Shown: positions 40,481-54,922, counted from the first letter of the stretch. The stretch: 64,000 bases of DNA from Laetmonice hystrix (GCA_965235115.1 OZ249436.1:14694001-14758000), one strand, 5' to 3'. Translations and numbers: made by a program. The notes: generated by a model not told the origin, from the sequence alone.

Positions 40481-43400
40481 CACTGACTATTGACCCTTAA
40501 AATCCTCGCTAGAACACCGCTGCCATGTGAGATCACAGTTATTTCGGCTGGTTTGTTATTGCACTGACACAGAACTATTCTTGGAGTTGGTCAATAAAAC
40601 AGCTGCAATTGTATGTCGACAAACAAGAACCTCTTATCATGAATTCACAATGGTCACGTTTTGATGACTTAAAAATATACATGCTTTTGGTACATGCTTT
40701 TGGATATATAAATAAAAATATATATAAATAAAATAAAACTACCATCACTATAATATATAAAGATAAAAAATCAGGAGAGAGTACACAAAACACGTACCGG
40801 TAGTCACATTTTTCCTGATAAAGATCTATGAGACTTAGAGAATTCGGTGCCTACCTTTGTGTGGCTTATAACCAATAGGATACCTGCAGAAATAAAAAAT
40901 CGAGAAAACACGGGTTACATACATACAATTCTCGCCATGTTGTATCTGGTTTTCTGTCCCAAACTGGCACTTACAATACTGTCACGTTACGGCAAGCATT
41001 ACGACGACCGTGTTGGCTTAAGTGGATCTTGAGGGCTGCTGCCAGTTTTTGTTCATACCAATCTGGATCTTTGTTAGTCTACGTGATTAAGATTATGATC
41101 ATGGTCCATTAATCAGAATGGTTCAACGGTCCCGCGTGCTATTGGTTTTTATAATAGTTATTCAGCCGCCTAATTGAGTTTTCAAATACTGGTGCTGTAA
41201 ACCTTTTAGATGGTGGAACATCTTTTCAAAGTCATAAAGATTTGAACTAAATAAAGAAAAGGGAAGAACATGCTACTTGAGTCCACTTTGAAACAAAATC
41301 GACTTTCACGGTTTGATCAATATGTATTATACATTGCCAGAATAGATGAGTTTCAATGGAAGCCTGTACGATATCAAGGGTGTAAAATAGCAAGGGACAA
41401 AATTCATTACACCGATTATCGACTGCAATGTCTTTCAGTACAAAGCTCTTACTCCTATGAACCCTACTTAATATAATATTATTGCCTTTTACTCTAAGTA
41501 GTGATCAAAAGAATAAAAAACAAGCGAGCAGACTTGTAGTCCACATGGTGAAATGATGTGTTATCACTGGTTGCCATGATGTTATGTAATAATGACAGGA
41601 TTTGGGAATTGTCAGGGTCAGTATTTCATCCTATAATTTTAACTTAGCATGAATCAGTCAATTAACTCTCATCTTCACTATAGAAGTGGATCTATCATCA
41701 GCTGCGGATTTTAATTCTGAAGTGATACAGTCCATTGGATATTGTTCGCTTAAACTATAAAGCTCAGGCTGGCGCCCAATTTGGCGACTTAATCAAGATC
41801 ATTACGCTAGATATAGGGAAATTCGTGCTGAAAAATACATCCTCTAAATCAATCAAATCTTTGAATTTTCTAAATCCAACTCCAGCGCATCCTGGGTTGA
41901 CTGGAAGCTGAGAATATCCCTTTGTTTTCCACAATTTTTCCATGAGGAGAACAGGCTTTCCTATTATATTAGAGAGAGCTTGAGGATATTGACGTGAAAC
42001 CTGCCTCAAACTTCTAAGAAACTTTCAAAGCATTAATCACTTCGTTGCTGGGCTCATAAAACAGGATTCCTGGAAATATGAAATAAGCAGACTTGTATCA
42101 GACTGCAAGAGCCCACTAGAATTTCTATAACTCATATAAAGCCCCTTTGGATGAAAAAGGTTTCCGCTTCCAGACACTTGGAAGTGCTAACCCCTCCTGC
42201 AGTATCAGTCTTTCTCACAGCAGAAGTACCTTGGTAGCACCCATCTGTTAGCATTTGCTTCTGGCTACACTAATGCAAACACAATAACTGTGGCGGACAA
42301 TGGCTTTGTTTTGGTAGAGAAATGACTCTTGTGCTCGTCACTGATTCCGCAATGTTTGACAGTAAACACGCCGAGGTACTCACAGCTCCCGAAGCTTTGT
42401 TGCACCAAGCCTAATGGCAGTTCTCTGTGAATGCACATCTCAAGCATGCAACTTGTTCAATCATTCCTATCGATTGCCATCAAGAGTGGAAAGCCAGCCT
42501 TTTCACCAGGCCAACAATTTTATTACTTGTGCCACTGCAAAACATCACATTGCCTGCATTTCTTCCAACAATACGAAGACTTCTGGCTCATTCCAGAGCA
42601 AATTGCCTACAACATTTCTGGCGGTGACTGCTTGACGGAAAGTTTCCGGCAGAACTTTCATGGGGTGAAATAATCCGCTGAATTTCCTACCCTCGCACAC
42701 TTGCCGTAATGCGATTCCTTAAGCTCTCTCTATGGGAGAAAAAGGAAAAAAATGATTTGAAAGTCAAATTGAGCCTCTCCATCTGAGGAGGAGGGGGAGC
42801 TGCTCTCCTCCCCCTCCCTACTCGTGAATCATACTAACAACATTACCACACATCTAACACAATCACAGCGTACATTTCATCATGGTAGATGTACCTTTCA
42901 TCAACTGGCACCAGAGAGTGTCAACTGTATGAAAACATAACGGGCTTCCCATATTGTGGTTGAGTAAACCCGCCGAGAAAGTCACCATCTGACAGAACAA
43001 ACCTCTAAAATAATAGAATACTGCTAGTTTCGGAGTCGGACCAAATTCAGTTTCTGCCAAGGAGCACCTGTGGTATTAGACGTTGGTAGATGACGTGACA
43101 GTCACCAAACAGAAAAAAACTGGATTTAAGGAAATTTATGGGGAGGCATGCTTTGTAACATGCAAATCAGAAACATCAGATAATCATTTTCAGGAAGATT
43201 CCGTCAATAACTGTAATATTTTTGGCATCGGCAAAACTGAAAGAGAATATCATTTGCCTGTTCGAAGAGCCTCTTCAGACATTGTCTTTTTGTATTTCAT
43301 AGCATACCATTTTTCAGTATAAAACATACATATTTTTGTCGACATAGGTCGATCCACCCTTATAGAATGACAGGTGGCGTTTTCTCGCACTGTCCCTCTC

Positions 43401-43810
43401 CAAGGTAAGGAAGCTGTACGGTACCCCGGTAAGTTGGCTATATTGTGGCTACACGTTCTGTGAATAGAAATCTCTACATTTATATGGATTTATCCTACGG
43501 AAAAAATAAACAATATGAAATAAATGCCTCACAAGGTGAGGACTATGAAACTATTAATATATGTGACCGTCATAAAAACATGAACAAAAAAGTGAGTACT
43601 ATAAGGACCAAAAAAATGCCCCACCAGTCCTTTAAATATGTGCTAATATCCCTCATGATTTACTCCTTTTACCATAAGACTGTGAGAAGCTTTGAGAATC
43701 TTTCAATATTTTCCTACTCTTTTGAGCATGCAGCAGTCCTGTTTCCACAGCGACTGACCGTTACAAGTCTACTACTGTTACCAGAAAGACCTTTGACATC
43801 TCCATTGAGA

Positions 43811-44097
43811 ATGGACTACGTGTCGGCCGGCCAAGGGCACCGAGGGCACGCAGCCACTTAGTACTGTCACTCTGATTGAGTCGAACGGGTATACATGGGG
43901 ACAAGGACTTCTGCTCGACGACTGCAAGCCAAAGTCTGGGGGCGACTTCCAGTCCCAAACACAAATACCCGGGATGATCTAGCTTAACAGAAGGCCATGC
44001 CATATAACGGATGGTTAGAGCTGGATCAAAATGTACGTCAGTGTCACACATCCCGGAAAACCATACTTTACTACAGCCTGACCTGGCATACCAAGGG
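43811..44097 (+). pseudogene. Decayed TIR-domain-like exon
   Basis: A single frame with 3 stops reads GHAAT*YCHSD*VERVYMG...RLQAKV...RDDL..LDQNVRQCHTSRKTILYYSLTW. One TGA sits where TIR has DWV, and NVRQCHTSRKTIL matches NIxxxIxxSRKTIxVLS. A possible acceptor tttccacag lies at 43742-43750. Confidence 0.4.
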
Positions 44098-47000
44098 ATC
44101 TTCAAAAATACCACTTGTCTCTTAGCAGTGCTGTAGATGTCCTACAATTTTAGAACTGGATTTAGGCCCGGATTTCGCGTTGAATCGTTTCTGTGGTCTC
44201 TGGAGATTACATGCACATGATAGGTAGGACAGGAAAACTCCGGACCATAGAATTACGGCAATATATGTCGACATTTACGAGCACATTATCAGTCAAACCA
44301 ACCGTGACGTTTGTCTAACAGTAACAGGCACACAATCAGCATTATTTATTTAGAAGAAATTATTGAAATGGACCCCCTCCCCCTCATGAACACCGAAAGT
44401 TAATTGCATAAAGGAGGTTGGATTCATATCACTACCTATGTTTTCTTTTCCACGATCAATATTGCCTTTCCTGTATGTACTGAACACAAATGTGTAATTT
44501 TCTACTTATTGTGCCTTCATTCTGAAAACTTGGAAATCCACGGCCACAAATGAGCTGATGGATTGTGCCTTGAAGATAATGAGTACGTGGTATTGATAAC
44601 TGAAATTACTGTTATGTATCAACACTGACACAAAATACGATTCATATTTTCCTAAGCATGACTAGCCTGACATTCATATCGATCATGTTTGATGTGGATT
44701 TCACGGTAATGGGTCCTGTGATATGCGGCAAATAACGACATCCTTACTCAGTCATAGCGAACAGAAATCTATGCTCCTCTCTTTTAGAACCAGTCAACGC
44801 CAAAGTTCTTGGGGGATTGTTTCATAACAATGGCAATTTAGCAGAATGTGCAATAAATCAAACTACTTCATCAAAATTGGGGTCATAAACGAGTGGTTTT
44901 CTTCAGTGCTGGCGCTCGTCCAATCAACTTACTCATTGAGAACCCATTGTCCATCATCGTCTTCCTCCACTAACCCTCATCTTCTAGTGAATGTCTCCCT
45001 CCCCTACGGGTACACATTATCCTGAGGACTTCATTCTTGGCGTTTGGTAATAATCTTAGCTTCCTTGTCTAGCTAATTCCCAGAGTGTTAATTTACACAG
45101 AGACTGCAGGTACTTTAGCACTGCTTAAAATCCCAAATGGCTTTTGAAAACCGCTACATCTTAGAGAGTCAAAGACACCCGTCCTCGTCCAAGCCTGCAG
45201 TGCATGTTTGATCTTTCTAGCATATTCATTTATTGTTTGCCCTTTGTCATTTCATTAGATGTATAAAAATGGAAACTAAACTCTTCAAATGAAAACTGCT
45301 AAATATTAGAATACTTAGTAAACACTTCATAAAGAGCAAAACTTCGTATCTCTGGTTGTGTACATAAACAAATCGCAGACCTAACCAACATCATTGTATA
45401 CCGTCCCCTTTTTAACAATCAAATTTGAAACGTCCAACCGAAGCTGACTGACTAATGGTGAAGAGTGGAACGCTCTTAAATCTGCCACATTGTTGAGATA
45501 TCACTTCCAGGCCGTAGACCAGCAACTGACATTTTCATTCACGCCTTGTGTTGGAAATGATCCAAGAGATTGATCATTTAGCTGCTAGCAGGTGTTATGG
45601 ATACACTTATGAGTAATTGTAGATTCCACGTGGACTAACATAATGTGGCCAACACGGCCATTGATGCCAGGACTGCCCGCTGCCCGCTGCCCACCGACTG
45701 TCCTTTCTTTCGTCTTTCGCTGCAGCTGTGCAGCTTTTGTGTGAAGCCAGCTGTCCACACAAATACATTTGCGCATACCATAAAAATACATATATGCCGA
45801 AATTAATTCATTAATCAGACCGTTACAATATACAGTAGGTAGTCGTACCAATCAAGCTGAACTGGGAAACAATGTTGTGTAAATGCCTCAAGACATCTAT
45901 TCTATACTACCCCATCTATCAATGATTTAATCAATTTTCATTACACTGGAGTGTGAAGTAATTATATACGACGCCTTGCTGTAACAGCCGAGTACAGAGT
46001 AGCATAATATGTGAGCATTCCCGCAGGCTTTTGCAAACTTTGTCTGACGGAATATAAAATTTGTCTGTGCAGGAGCTCCAAAGGAATTATTACCGGGTAC
46101 TGTATAGGTTAAATCTTATCCAGGATTGACGGTTTATTACCGACATATAAAAGGGTGATTTTGAATCAAATGTTTACATCATGAACACTCAGAATGATGC
46201 AAATGAAAGTAAAATGATTACATGCATTTAGTCTGAACCTTGCAATATTCTCCCCCCCCCCCAAAAAAAAAAAACACACCAAAAAACAAACTAGAAAACA
46301 AATTAAAAGTTACCAAGTAAAAATCAACTATGAAGAACTTTTGTTATGTTCTGCTAATTACGGTTTTATGACTCTTTCTTTGTCACACATGATTTATGTG
46401 TTCATGTCTCCAATAACAGCTACTGAAAGAAGGAGACCCTGTCAGTCGTGACACGAGTACCTAACACAGTATTAATCCATGCCAAACTGAAGATTGCTGC
46501 TATTATTATCACCCAAACACAATCACATCTACATCACATGATCGCATAAAACACTTCACACTGAAGGGTCACACTTGTGAGTTATACAACAACATTGCGC
46601 TTTCCATGAAAATTGAAATACATGTATGGCTCAAACAATAGTCACGGGCACATAAGAAGCTGACAAAATGTCATATACCCGAGTCGTCCACAAAGGTTAT
46701 ATTGGACATTTTCAAAACCAATATTAATCAGGAAAATGCTACTTGGATGTCGCAGGATGAACTTGAAGCAGTTAAGTGTCAAATAACAATTTGGTGTAAC
46801 GTCAAAATGATATACTTTATAAAGTATATGTAAAAATAACGTTTTCATTACACAGGTACATTCGTGTAGCTCTCTCACATTTTGCTTTGCTCTCGCCGTG
46901 AACACACCTGACTTGTAGCAGACGTTGGGACTGAAATTCATATGAGGAAACTTGGCGATCTGCTCAAATTCATGTTCCTTCAAGAAAATGGCAATTCTCC

Positions 47001-48899
47001 ACCGTGGACCAATACTGTTATACCCACTCTCACCACCAGCATCAAGTTTCTATCCACGATATATACTCATACAATCTTACCTTGTTTCAATCTGTCAGGT
47101 AAGAATGAGATTTCTTGCCAAATGGTATAGACGTTAACCTCAGTCAGTTGGTAATGAATGTTCCAAAAGATATATTAACTCCGGCCAAGGGTAGAGGTCA
47201 TGGTTGTAGGATTTGAGAAAATCTTATTAAATCCTTTTAGCAATGAGACAAAATGTGTGCAGGCAGCGGCTTCCATCATATGACTATACTACCGATGAAA
47301 CAGATTGAGAAAGAGCCATAGTCACTAACACGTTCAAGGTCCCACACCCAGTCTGCTATGTCTATGAGAGTAGTACATGGAAATGAGACTTTTCATCAGG
47401 TCACTCTTCCGCTTACTCAGCCCCTTATTGGATGCTCACATTTACAAAACAGACCGGTTAAAACAAAATCTTATTCCTAAGTATTCATCAGTAGGGGCGA
47501 TTTATACCCTCGGTACTTTAAAAAAAAACATGCATGTTTACATGCGGTGAAACTCGCTGATGAAACCCATTTCCCTTGGTCTTTGAGTCGACCATGACAC
47601 GTCTATGAAACAACCGTTCGCCATTGAACAAAGACCGACTCGTTAACGTTACAACGTAATGCTAACATTACATGTCAACAATTTGTGTGAATAAGTAAGG
47701 ACCTTCAAGCGAAAGTTTTCAATCTGGCCAAACACAAAGGGTTACATATTTATGGAAGTACATTGGTATTCCGTTATCATGAAGCATAAACGGTATTGTA
47801 CACCGACTTTATCCAAATACTGCTGAATCTCCATGAAATATAGTTCTGGTGTATTTGCACACGATTTGATGGATCTAATCCGAGAGTCACTCTCAATGCC
47901 AAAAACGGGGCTTACAAAGGTTCCACCCGTAGATTGTGTATCGGGGGTGTTTGACCAATTGGAGCTGAGAGCGGCCCAGGGAACTGTAGGTAAGAGGTCT
48001 GTGGTGAGATCTTGATGGTTTCAAAGACCATTACCGTGGCTGTGTACTGAGCACTAATGAAGTGTTGGGTGGGATCATGCTGGATGGCTGCCATTAGATA
48101 GCAGTTACACTCTTCAAAGAGATTCCCTCACCACACACTGCTCGGACTGGAGTGGATTTCCTCCAGGCTCCTGCCTCTACATTCCCCCTTCAAATAGAAA
48201 GGGACAGAATGGCAGGCACGCCTGCCACCGCCATTCTCCTCCTAAAGGGCTGAGCACAGAGAACGCTGACCATCCTCTCACAGATAAATGTTCCACATAA
48301 TACTGAACAGCAAAGCTTTCTGGGCAAAGAGCTGAAGGGCCCAACTCCGCCCCCCCCCCCAGCCCACTGCGCCGCACTTGACCTAATGAGCCCTTTTTGT
48401 CAGAAACCTCAACTGGAATTCACTAATGTCAGAGCCGAATCCCTTTATGAAGGGGGCACTTATAAGATGGGCTGAATCCCTGAACAGGAAAAGTACATTT
48501 ATTTATTACAGGGCAGATTCTATCATTGAGGAAATTCACATAAAAAGCATTTCAAGTAGATTTCAAAATGACCTTGTGTTTCAAAGAAAAGGGTTACTCT
48601 CTAGACTGTTGTTTTGTAACATTTGAAAAATCAATATCACTCTGGTATGTTCATTCTTCTGTCTGTATGGGTATTTTTCTAAGCTCATATTCTCCCTAAA
48701 CTGAGAAAACCTGCAGTAAACCGCATAAGCACAGTGTCAACCAGAATGAGTTCAATGTGATGTCAATGTTAAAGAAGCCCACATGACACTTCCGGGTACG
48801 CTGACCTTCAAAATGACATCTTTTTGACCCTTGACACCTTCTGTCCCACTGACCTAAGGTACGCGACCTCTGACCTCCACTCCCTTAGCATCTTTCACA

Positions 48900-49100
48900 T
48901 TCTGCCTCCGCCTGGTGGGGACGGTCACACGTATCGTGGAGTCTGTTCACACCTGACGGGGCGGACCTCCTGCTAGCAGTACGAGTGAATGGCTCCATTA
49001 CTTTCACTCGCTGCCTTGTAATTAGGTACCACTGAGTGATATCATGGGAGGTGGCTACTCGAGGTGTTACGTTAGCTGATGAGGCTGGCCCACTGGTCTG
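48900..49100 (+). pseudogene. Possible decayed WD40-like exon
   Basis: SWSLFTPDGADLLLAVRVNGSITF...VISWEVATRG resembles the WD40 SVAFSPDG..LASGS.DGTI / LWDVATG; there is an in-frame stop. Eyeballed only. Confidence 0.22.
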
Positions 49101-49789
49101 ATTGATACGACCATGGTCACAAGGCCTGACCGCTCGGAGACCGGTCCGGAGTGACCTACGGCGGGCCATGACTGTGTCAGGAGGAGGAGGAGGAGGGTGT
49201 CCCGGTCCCGGGTGTGCGGCACTGGCCCCGCCGGTTGGGTGAGTGGGCGGGCGGCGGGTGGCGCCGGCCTCGTCTCTCACACTCGCCACCGCTGCCACCT
49301 GGCCTAATGGATTAGGATGATCCTTTAATGGAAGGAAATCCATGCACGGGAGGGCCACAGGCGTGCGGGAAATTACCTGGTCACCGTGATTAGGCCAACA
49401 GAGCTATTGGATAGTAACATGGTCGGTGACACGAACAGCTCTGGTGGATTTTGATGATCAAGTAGGCACCTCAAAAGGGTCACGTGTGTGTGTGTGTGTG
49501 GGGGGGGGGTACACCCTAATCCTCACTCAATAGAGCAAGGCTCTGAGATTACCAAACTATTTCTGGTGCCTCACCAAGCCTATATGGTCAACTATGCAGT
49601 GGTAATTTTTCTCTTTCCCTCAAAGATCTGAATGTATGAAATCAACCCGGCAGCTTCACCTGTCAGGTACTGCACAAACTATCCACCTCCACCCCAACCA
49701 AAACACAAACACTACATGTAAGGAACAAAGCAATTAAATACTCCATTTTAATGTTCCAATACAAATCAAAGAGAGACAACCTTGTTTTT

Positions 49790-50870
49790 CATTCACTTGT
49801 GCTTGACAATCAGCATGATTATTGGCATTATTTGTATGTAGAATCAATAATACACTCAACAGCCTCATGGTGGCCTTCTCGACGGTCCATATCAAAGGGT
49901 GGGACTATCCAATTCAACTTTTTAATACATCTCATAACTTCGCGATCGATGAGGTTCTACTGTGTCCTCCTGACGACTGCTCAGTCCTCCTCAGCGGGTC
50001 CCTTGATGAATTGCATTGCTGATTACACCAGACAGCTAGCCTGTCTGTGAAATTGCACCTGATGTTGCAGTAGCCGTTACACCATCACATCAGGCTATCA
50101 ATTTCAGGCTGACCACACCCATTGCCGAAGGAATTCCTTGCATCACTGGCAAGTGACAAGCGTGAACAGATGTTCTGGGAGCAACACGGTTCACACCTCA
50201 CTGAGAGGGGGGGGGGGCGACATAATCCAACATGCATCACATTTAATATGAAAGCTTCTTTCCTAATAACTCAATTATTTAATAATACTAATTCTCCCAT
50301 TATGTTCTTATTTTGTAGTTTAAAGTAAGCAGGAACAAATTCTGAACTGGTTGATTTAACATTGTACCATCCCGCCTTTGCGACGAACTGAAGACACGTC
50401 TGTAGTCGACCATACCCTGCCTGCAGACACAGCCTGAAAACCTTCATTTGGTCTCTCAGTCGTTATTGTCCTCAGTCAGATCTGCCAGCTCTTCCACACT
50501 AATGACACCGCCCGTCCAGGAGACGTTGCTGCAGACAATTTATAGCGTATCACACTGATCATGATGTCTTATTTCAAGTAGAATTGATAGAAATATCATC
50601 TTGCTATCGGGGTTCCACTTCGATGACATTTTCTGGTGAGCTGAAATCAATTATTAAGTGTCATTTGCCTGATCAGTCTGTCTGGTTTAGATCTTCCGCG
50701 AGCAGCTCACTGTATGGTGAGCAGATTGGTACAGCTCACTGGTTCCTCGGTTCGGCACCAAGTGATGTCACATCTGTATAATTGGCTGGGCTACAGTACA
50801 CCTGACACACAGCAACCTTCCTCCTTCATCCTCAGCCTCCATCAGCGGTATCACTCTAACTTACGGCAGA
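49790..50870 (+). pseudogene. Possible decayed intronless rhodopsin-family GPCR
   Basis: Across frameshifts and in the correct order: LTISMIIGII (TM1-like), NSLMVAFS, HNFAIDEVLLCPP (TM2 LAxAD-like), IA/KEFLA (ERF-like, ~50125), LYNWLGYS (TM7) and LHQRYHSNLRQ (helix 8-like). The span of ~1.1 kb fits a 7TM gene. Confidence 0.3.
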
Positions 50871-51207
50871 CTGACATCCCCCCAACTAGGACCATCTCTT
50901 CATGTTCCTCCCCACAAATATGTTAACACAAGTAACGTTATGAACAGCACGTGCCTCATATACCCGGGGGCAGCCCCTCCCCGAGTGGACCTGATTGTGA
51001 TGCCGATGGCAAGCCTCATTACGAGTCACGTTTTGACACACCTCATCTCCCAGAAACATCCTAACGATGCCACCTTAGAGTTCGGTGTGAGGAAGCCTGC
51101 GCTACTACAGCTTATTTTACCAGTTCACGGAGCGCGCAGTCTCAGAATTATATCAGACGTATCGCACAACTGAGCTCAGATTAGAGGTCATAATTAAATT
51201 AGAAATG

Positions 51208-51306
51208 ATCTGTAAACAGCTCCAGCAAATCTCTTTACAATAACTTTTCCATGAATAATCTGTAAACAGCTCCAGTAAAACTCTTTACAATAACTTTTTC
51301 AAGAAT
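51208..51306. repeat. Tandem duplication, 2 x 50 bp
   Basis: atctgtaaacagctccag.aaa..ctctttacaataactttt occurs at 51208 and 51258. Confidence 0.9.
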
Positions 51307-51419
51307 TTGCGATCATGACGTCACAATCGTACCCGATTGCATTTCTCTTGCGTTCCGCTGCTACATTATCATTCTTGAGAACTCAGAATATCTCCAGCCA
51401 CGCTTACAGCTGAACATTC

Positions 51420-51900
51420 ACCCCCCCCCCCCCCTAGCTCCTCCTGGTTCATATTCCACAGCAGTAGCTCGCCGTCAGACCGAAATCCTGCACTAACCCA
51501 AACAGATCCATCCCCCATCATGCTCGGAGCGGCAACCTTGACCCCTGCGACCCTAGCGGCGCACGGGGTCATAGATGGCAGTATCTATTCATAACGGTGT
51601 GCCGTGAATGGCAGCCATCTGTCAAGGTGAGGCGAGCCGACTGACGAGGCCCAGTGTACAGGCAGGCCGGCGAGCAGCTGTCCGTGCAGTGATCACCCCG
51701 CGCACTGATGAGACAGGTTTCCACGTGAGTAGCCGGTTGTGATCAGAGGACGAACCATCTCCAGCCCGGCCTTGGACATGGATTGAATCGTCCACTGCTC
51801 CGCTACATCTAAACTTCCTTCCTCATCATGTAAACCTTCTATCACACACCCAGCCCAAGGACGAGCTAATGCACGCTGCAGCGCCATAATCAGGTATAAA
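51420..51900 (-). pseudogene. Decayed GC-rich coding-like segment, possibly WD40-like
   Basis: ORFs 51693-51887 and 51369-51572 lie in one frame with only two stops over ~160 codons. It contains LITTGYSRGNL and SAGFRSDGELLLWNM (WD-like). Confidence 0.25.
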
Positions 51901-54865
51901 CGATTATAAGGAGCTCAGGCCATTTCGTCAGAGCAGCATGCGTCAAACGCAGGCCAAAGACGCATCCGATCAAAAAGGCCATATACCTCTTCCTTCAGAG
52001 ATTGAAATGCAAAATGATTAACTCCCCCATATTTGCGGGTTTAAAGTGACTGCCAGTCAGTGACTTCCACATGACAATGTTTTTCGACCGTCATATTTTG
52101 ACCATCATACCCCGGTACATATAAAGTTGGCGTCAATGTATAGGCCACTGGCAGTTCTAACCCGTACCACAAAAGGCACAAAGATCCATAAACTGAAGAC
52201 AGCGTCAGAGACAAACGGGCCGAGTCTTTAATAAATCTCCGTCAAAAGCCTTCCGTATTACCCCGGCCGGCAGCACTATCTATTATAGATGATACAGAAA
52301 TATGTCTGCAGAGATATTTTAAGAAGCCTAACAGAGAGATGGCAAACCACTGACTGTAGTCACTAGGTCTCCGTTTACCCATAGAGTACTGCAGATTATG
52401 ATATGGTTTAATCAACCTGGGATGACCTCACAGATACACCAAGCCCAGGCCTCAGTACTTATGGCAATCGCCTATAGGCTTCACCCTTGTATCTCATCAC
52501 AAAGACTCCTAACAGAGGGAAGCTTGAAACAGAAAACTTGCCGCTGCCATAGATTGTATTCCTTGATATGAATAACAAGCGATCAGTACATGTTATCGAG
52601 ATCTAGGGGACACTACACCGTGTACAACCGCCGGGCTAGCCATCACATTGAACCGATACAGAAAAAGGTCAATTTCGGCCTTCCTAGATCACCACTCCAC
52701 GGTTGGCGACCAGTTCTTGGTGATAGAAGCGAGTATAGTGGATCGTGTATCTAGGAGAAAACAAGTTGAACTGGACGGCGGTCTTGGCTGCCTGACACCA
52801 TTGGCGGCAACAGGACATGGCAGGGGCCTGCTGATCTTGGCCCGATTGTGGAGGTGTTTGTGGAGAATCGGCACGTCGTACAAGTTCTGGCAATCCGGGG
52901 ATCGATAGGCTGTCAGTCAGGCACAGAGGCCTGCTGCCCTGTCACTAATGGTGATGGATATCCTGTTGGCCTGGCTGCAGCATCCTGGTCTGCACAGATT
53001 GTCCGTAACCTAATCCTCACAGAGGCCAACTTCAATCCTACTCTTTTCACTTTTTCTGTGAATCCTCATCGCAGTAAGACCAAAGTCTGCTTGGACGTGT
53101 AGAATTTCTCTAAAGTCATATCATGCGTACATCTATGACTATTTCAATTACGGTGTTTCTCAGTTTCTATCCATTTTAATTTATAAATAATTTAGAAATA
53201 GGTATTCCACAAAGAATGGTAAAAGTGGAGATACTTGAACATTGGCAGCACCGCCATAATTCTCACTTGTCACAGCCGGGCCCTGTTGTGTCGAGATGAT
53301 CCCGAGTTCAATAACGTAAAACATTGGACAACCTGAAAACATCCGAATGCGAATTACCGTTATCTTTCTTTCTGTGTCTGTTTTATCTTCAGTGTAAAGA
53401 ACACGCAAGCAATAAACATTGAAAAGCTCTACTAATTTCAACCGTTCCACCCAGGCCGTTCACTGGTGCGACAGTTAATACACAATAACGACCGAGCTGA
53501 GTAAATGACAAGTGACTGTCGTATGAGGATGCTATTCCCCGAGGGTTCTGAGTGACGATATACGGTTGGTCTGCCTCAGGCATTGTGAACCTGCCACCCT
53601 ATAACCATATACCGAGTACAACAGCACAAAAACTACATCCATTCTACACCAGTAATAGTACTGCAGTCACTCCCCATTTTCAAATTGGCACTGCCTTGCA
53701 ATACTGCATAGAGAGGATATAAAATGTCTAACCCCTTCTTATGCCCTGGTCGTTACTCACACGCCATGGTCTCACCCTGAATCTGGCAAGTATATATTTT
53801 AAGCCAGTTATCGTTTAAACTTATTTGAGAAGAATAACGTTCACGCTTCAAGGGGGGTGTAGATAGGATTACTTCTAATTTTCTCTCCACTGCAGTTCTC
53901 ATCGAACTACGCCTACTATGTATGCGTTTGAGAATTTTGCAGCGACTCACCCAACATCCACTTGAACTCCATGTGGAGCCTGGCACATCAACTGCTTACA
54001 ATGTAGAGGAATATTCATTATATAAACTCTTTTAATTCCAAAATTACTAATTACAAAAGTACTAATGGTATCGTAAATCACTGAATTTTGATCGTTTTCC
54101 TTTCGGTTCCCGTGCCTTTGGTTTTTTGTTTGTTTGCGTAAATAGTAATATTCATTCGTTTAAATCAGAAAATCTGATGAAACTTTCTCCCACAAAAAGA
54201 ATTCCATTTCTGCAGTATCAACAAGACAACTATTGCCAAAATGTCTGTCTTGCAGGCAATGATCAAGAGACACTGAACATGACATGCTGAGGAAGGTCAA
54301 GGGGCCAATGGGATTTTAAAAAGGTTGAGCTTTCCATTTAATCTGTTCATTTCTCTGCAGGCTTTTCCCACAGTAATTGCAATGCTTGAAATATTTCAGT
54401 TTTCATTCAGTTTTTCTTTACCGAGAAGTCCCGAAAGAAAATGGAAACGGGCCATGTAAATTTTTCTTCTGCTAACTTCTTCTAACAACTCTAGGTTACT
54501 CAATAATTTCTTTCCATGTTAATCCCCACGGAACGTGTTCCGTGCCGTTTTAAAAGCAGCCATTAAGATTAAAGCCCTCCTTGCCTGCAGCCATTTCTTA
54601 AACTCTTGCTCTGCTCCAGCACAAACCACCAGAAAGTCTTTTCTGGTCCAGCATTTATTTCATCTCGGTGCGTACTGATTGATTTCCTTTGGCCTGGCAG
54701 GGTTTAAAAAAAAACATCCTTGTCGTCATCGACAAGCCAATTATGATTTACCAAGGATGGCCGAGTCAGCCAAAGTTGAGACCATATTTCCCTGACCAAC
54801 TTTGGGGATCGTCACTGTCAAGTACGACCTCTCGGCTGCAATAACTGCGCCTTATCCGGTTACTG

Positions 54866-54922
54866 GGGGTGTGGGTGTGGGTGTGGGTGTGGGTGTGGGT
54901 GTGTGGGTGTGGGTGTGGGTGT
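54866..54922 (+). repeat. (GGGTGT)n microsatellite, G4-capable
   Basis: About 9 hexamer copies with one 2-nt slip. Confidence 0.95.

Noticed and set aside
6740-51720. Hammerhead ribozyme cores at CTGATGA words (e.g. 6741, ~26575, 34690 minus, 49076, 51704)
   Set aside because: None has a pairing stem II followed by GAAA in the correct geometry.
54866-54922. Interstitial telomere
   Set aside because: The unit is GGGTGT, not metazoan TTAGGG.
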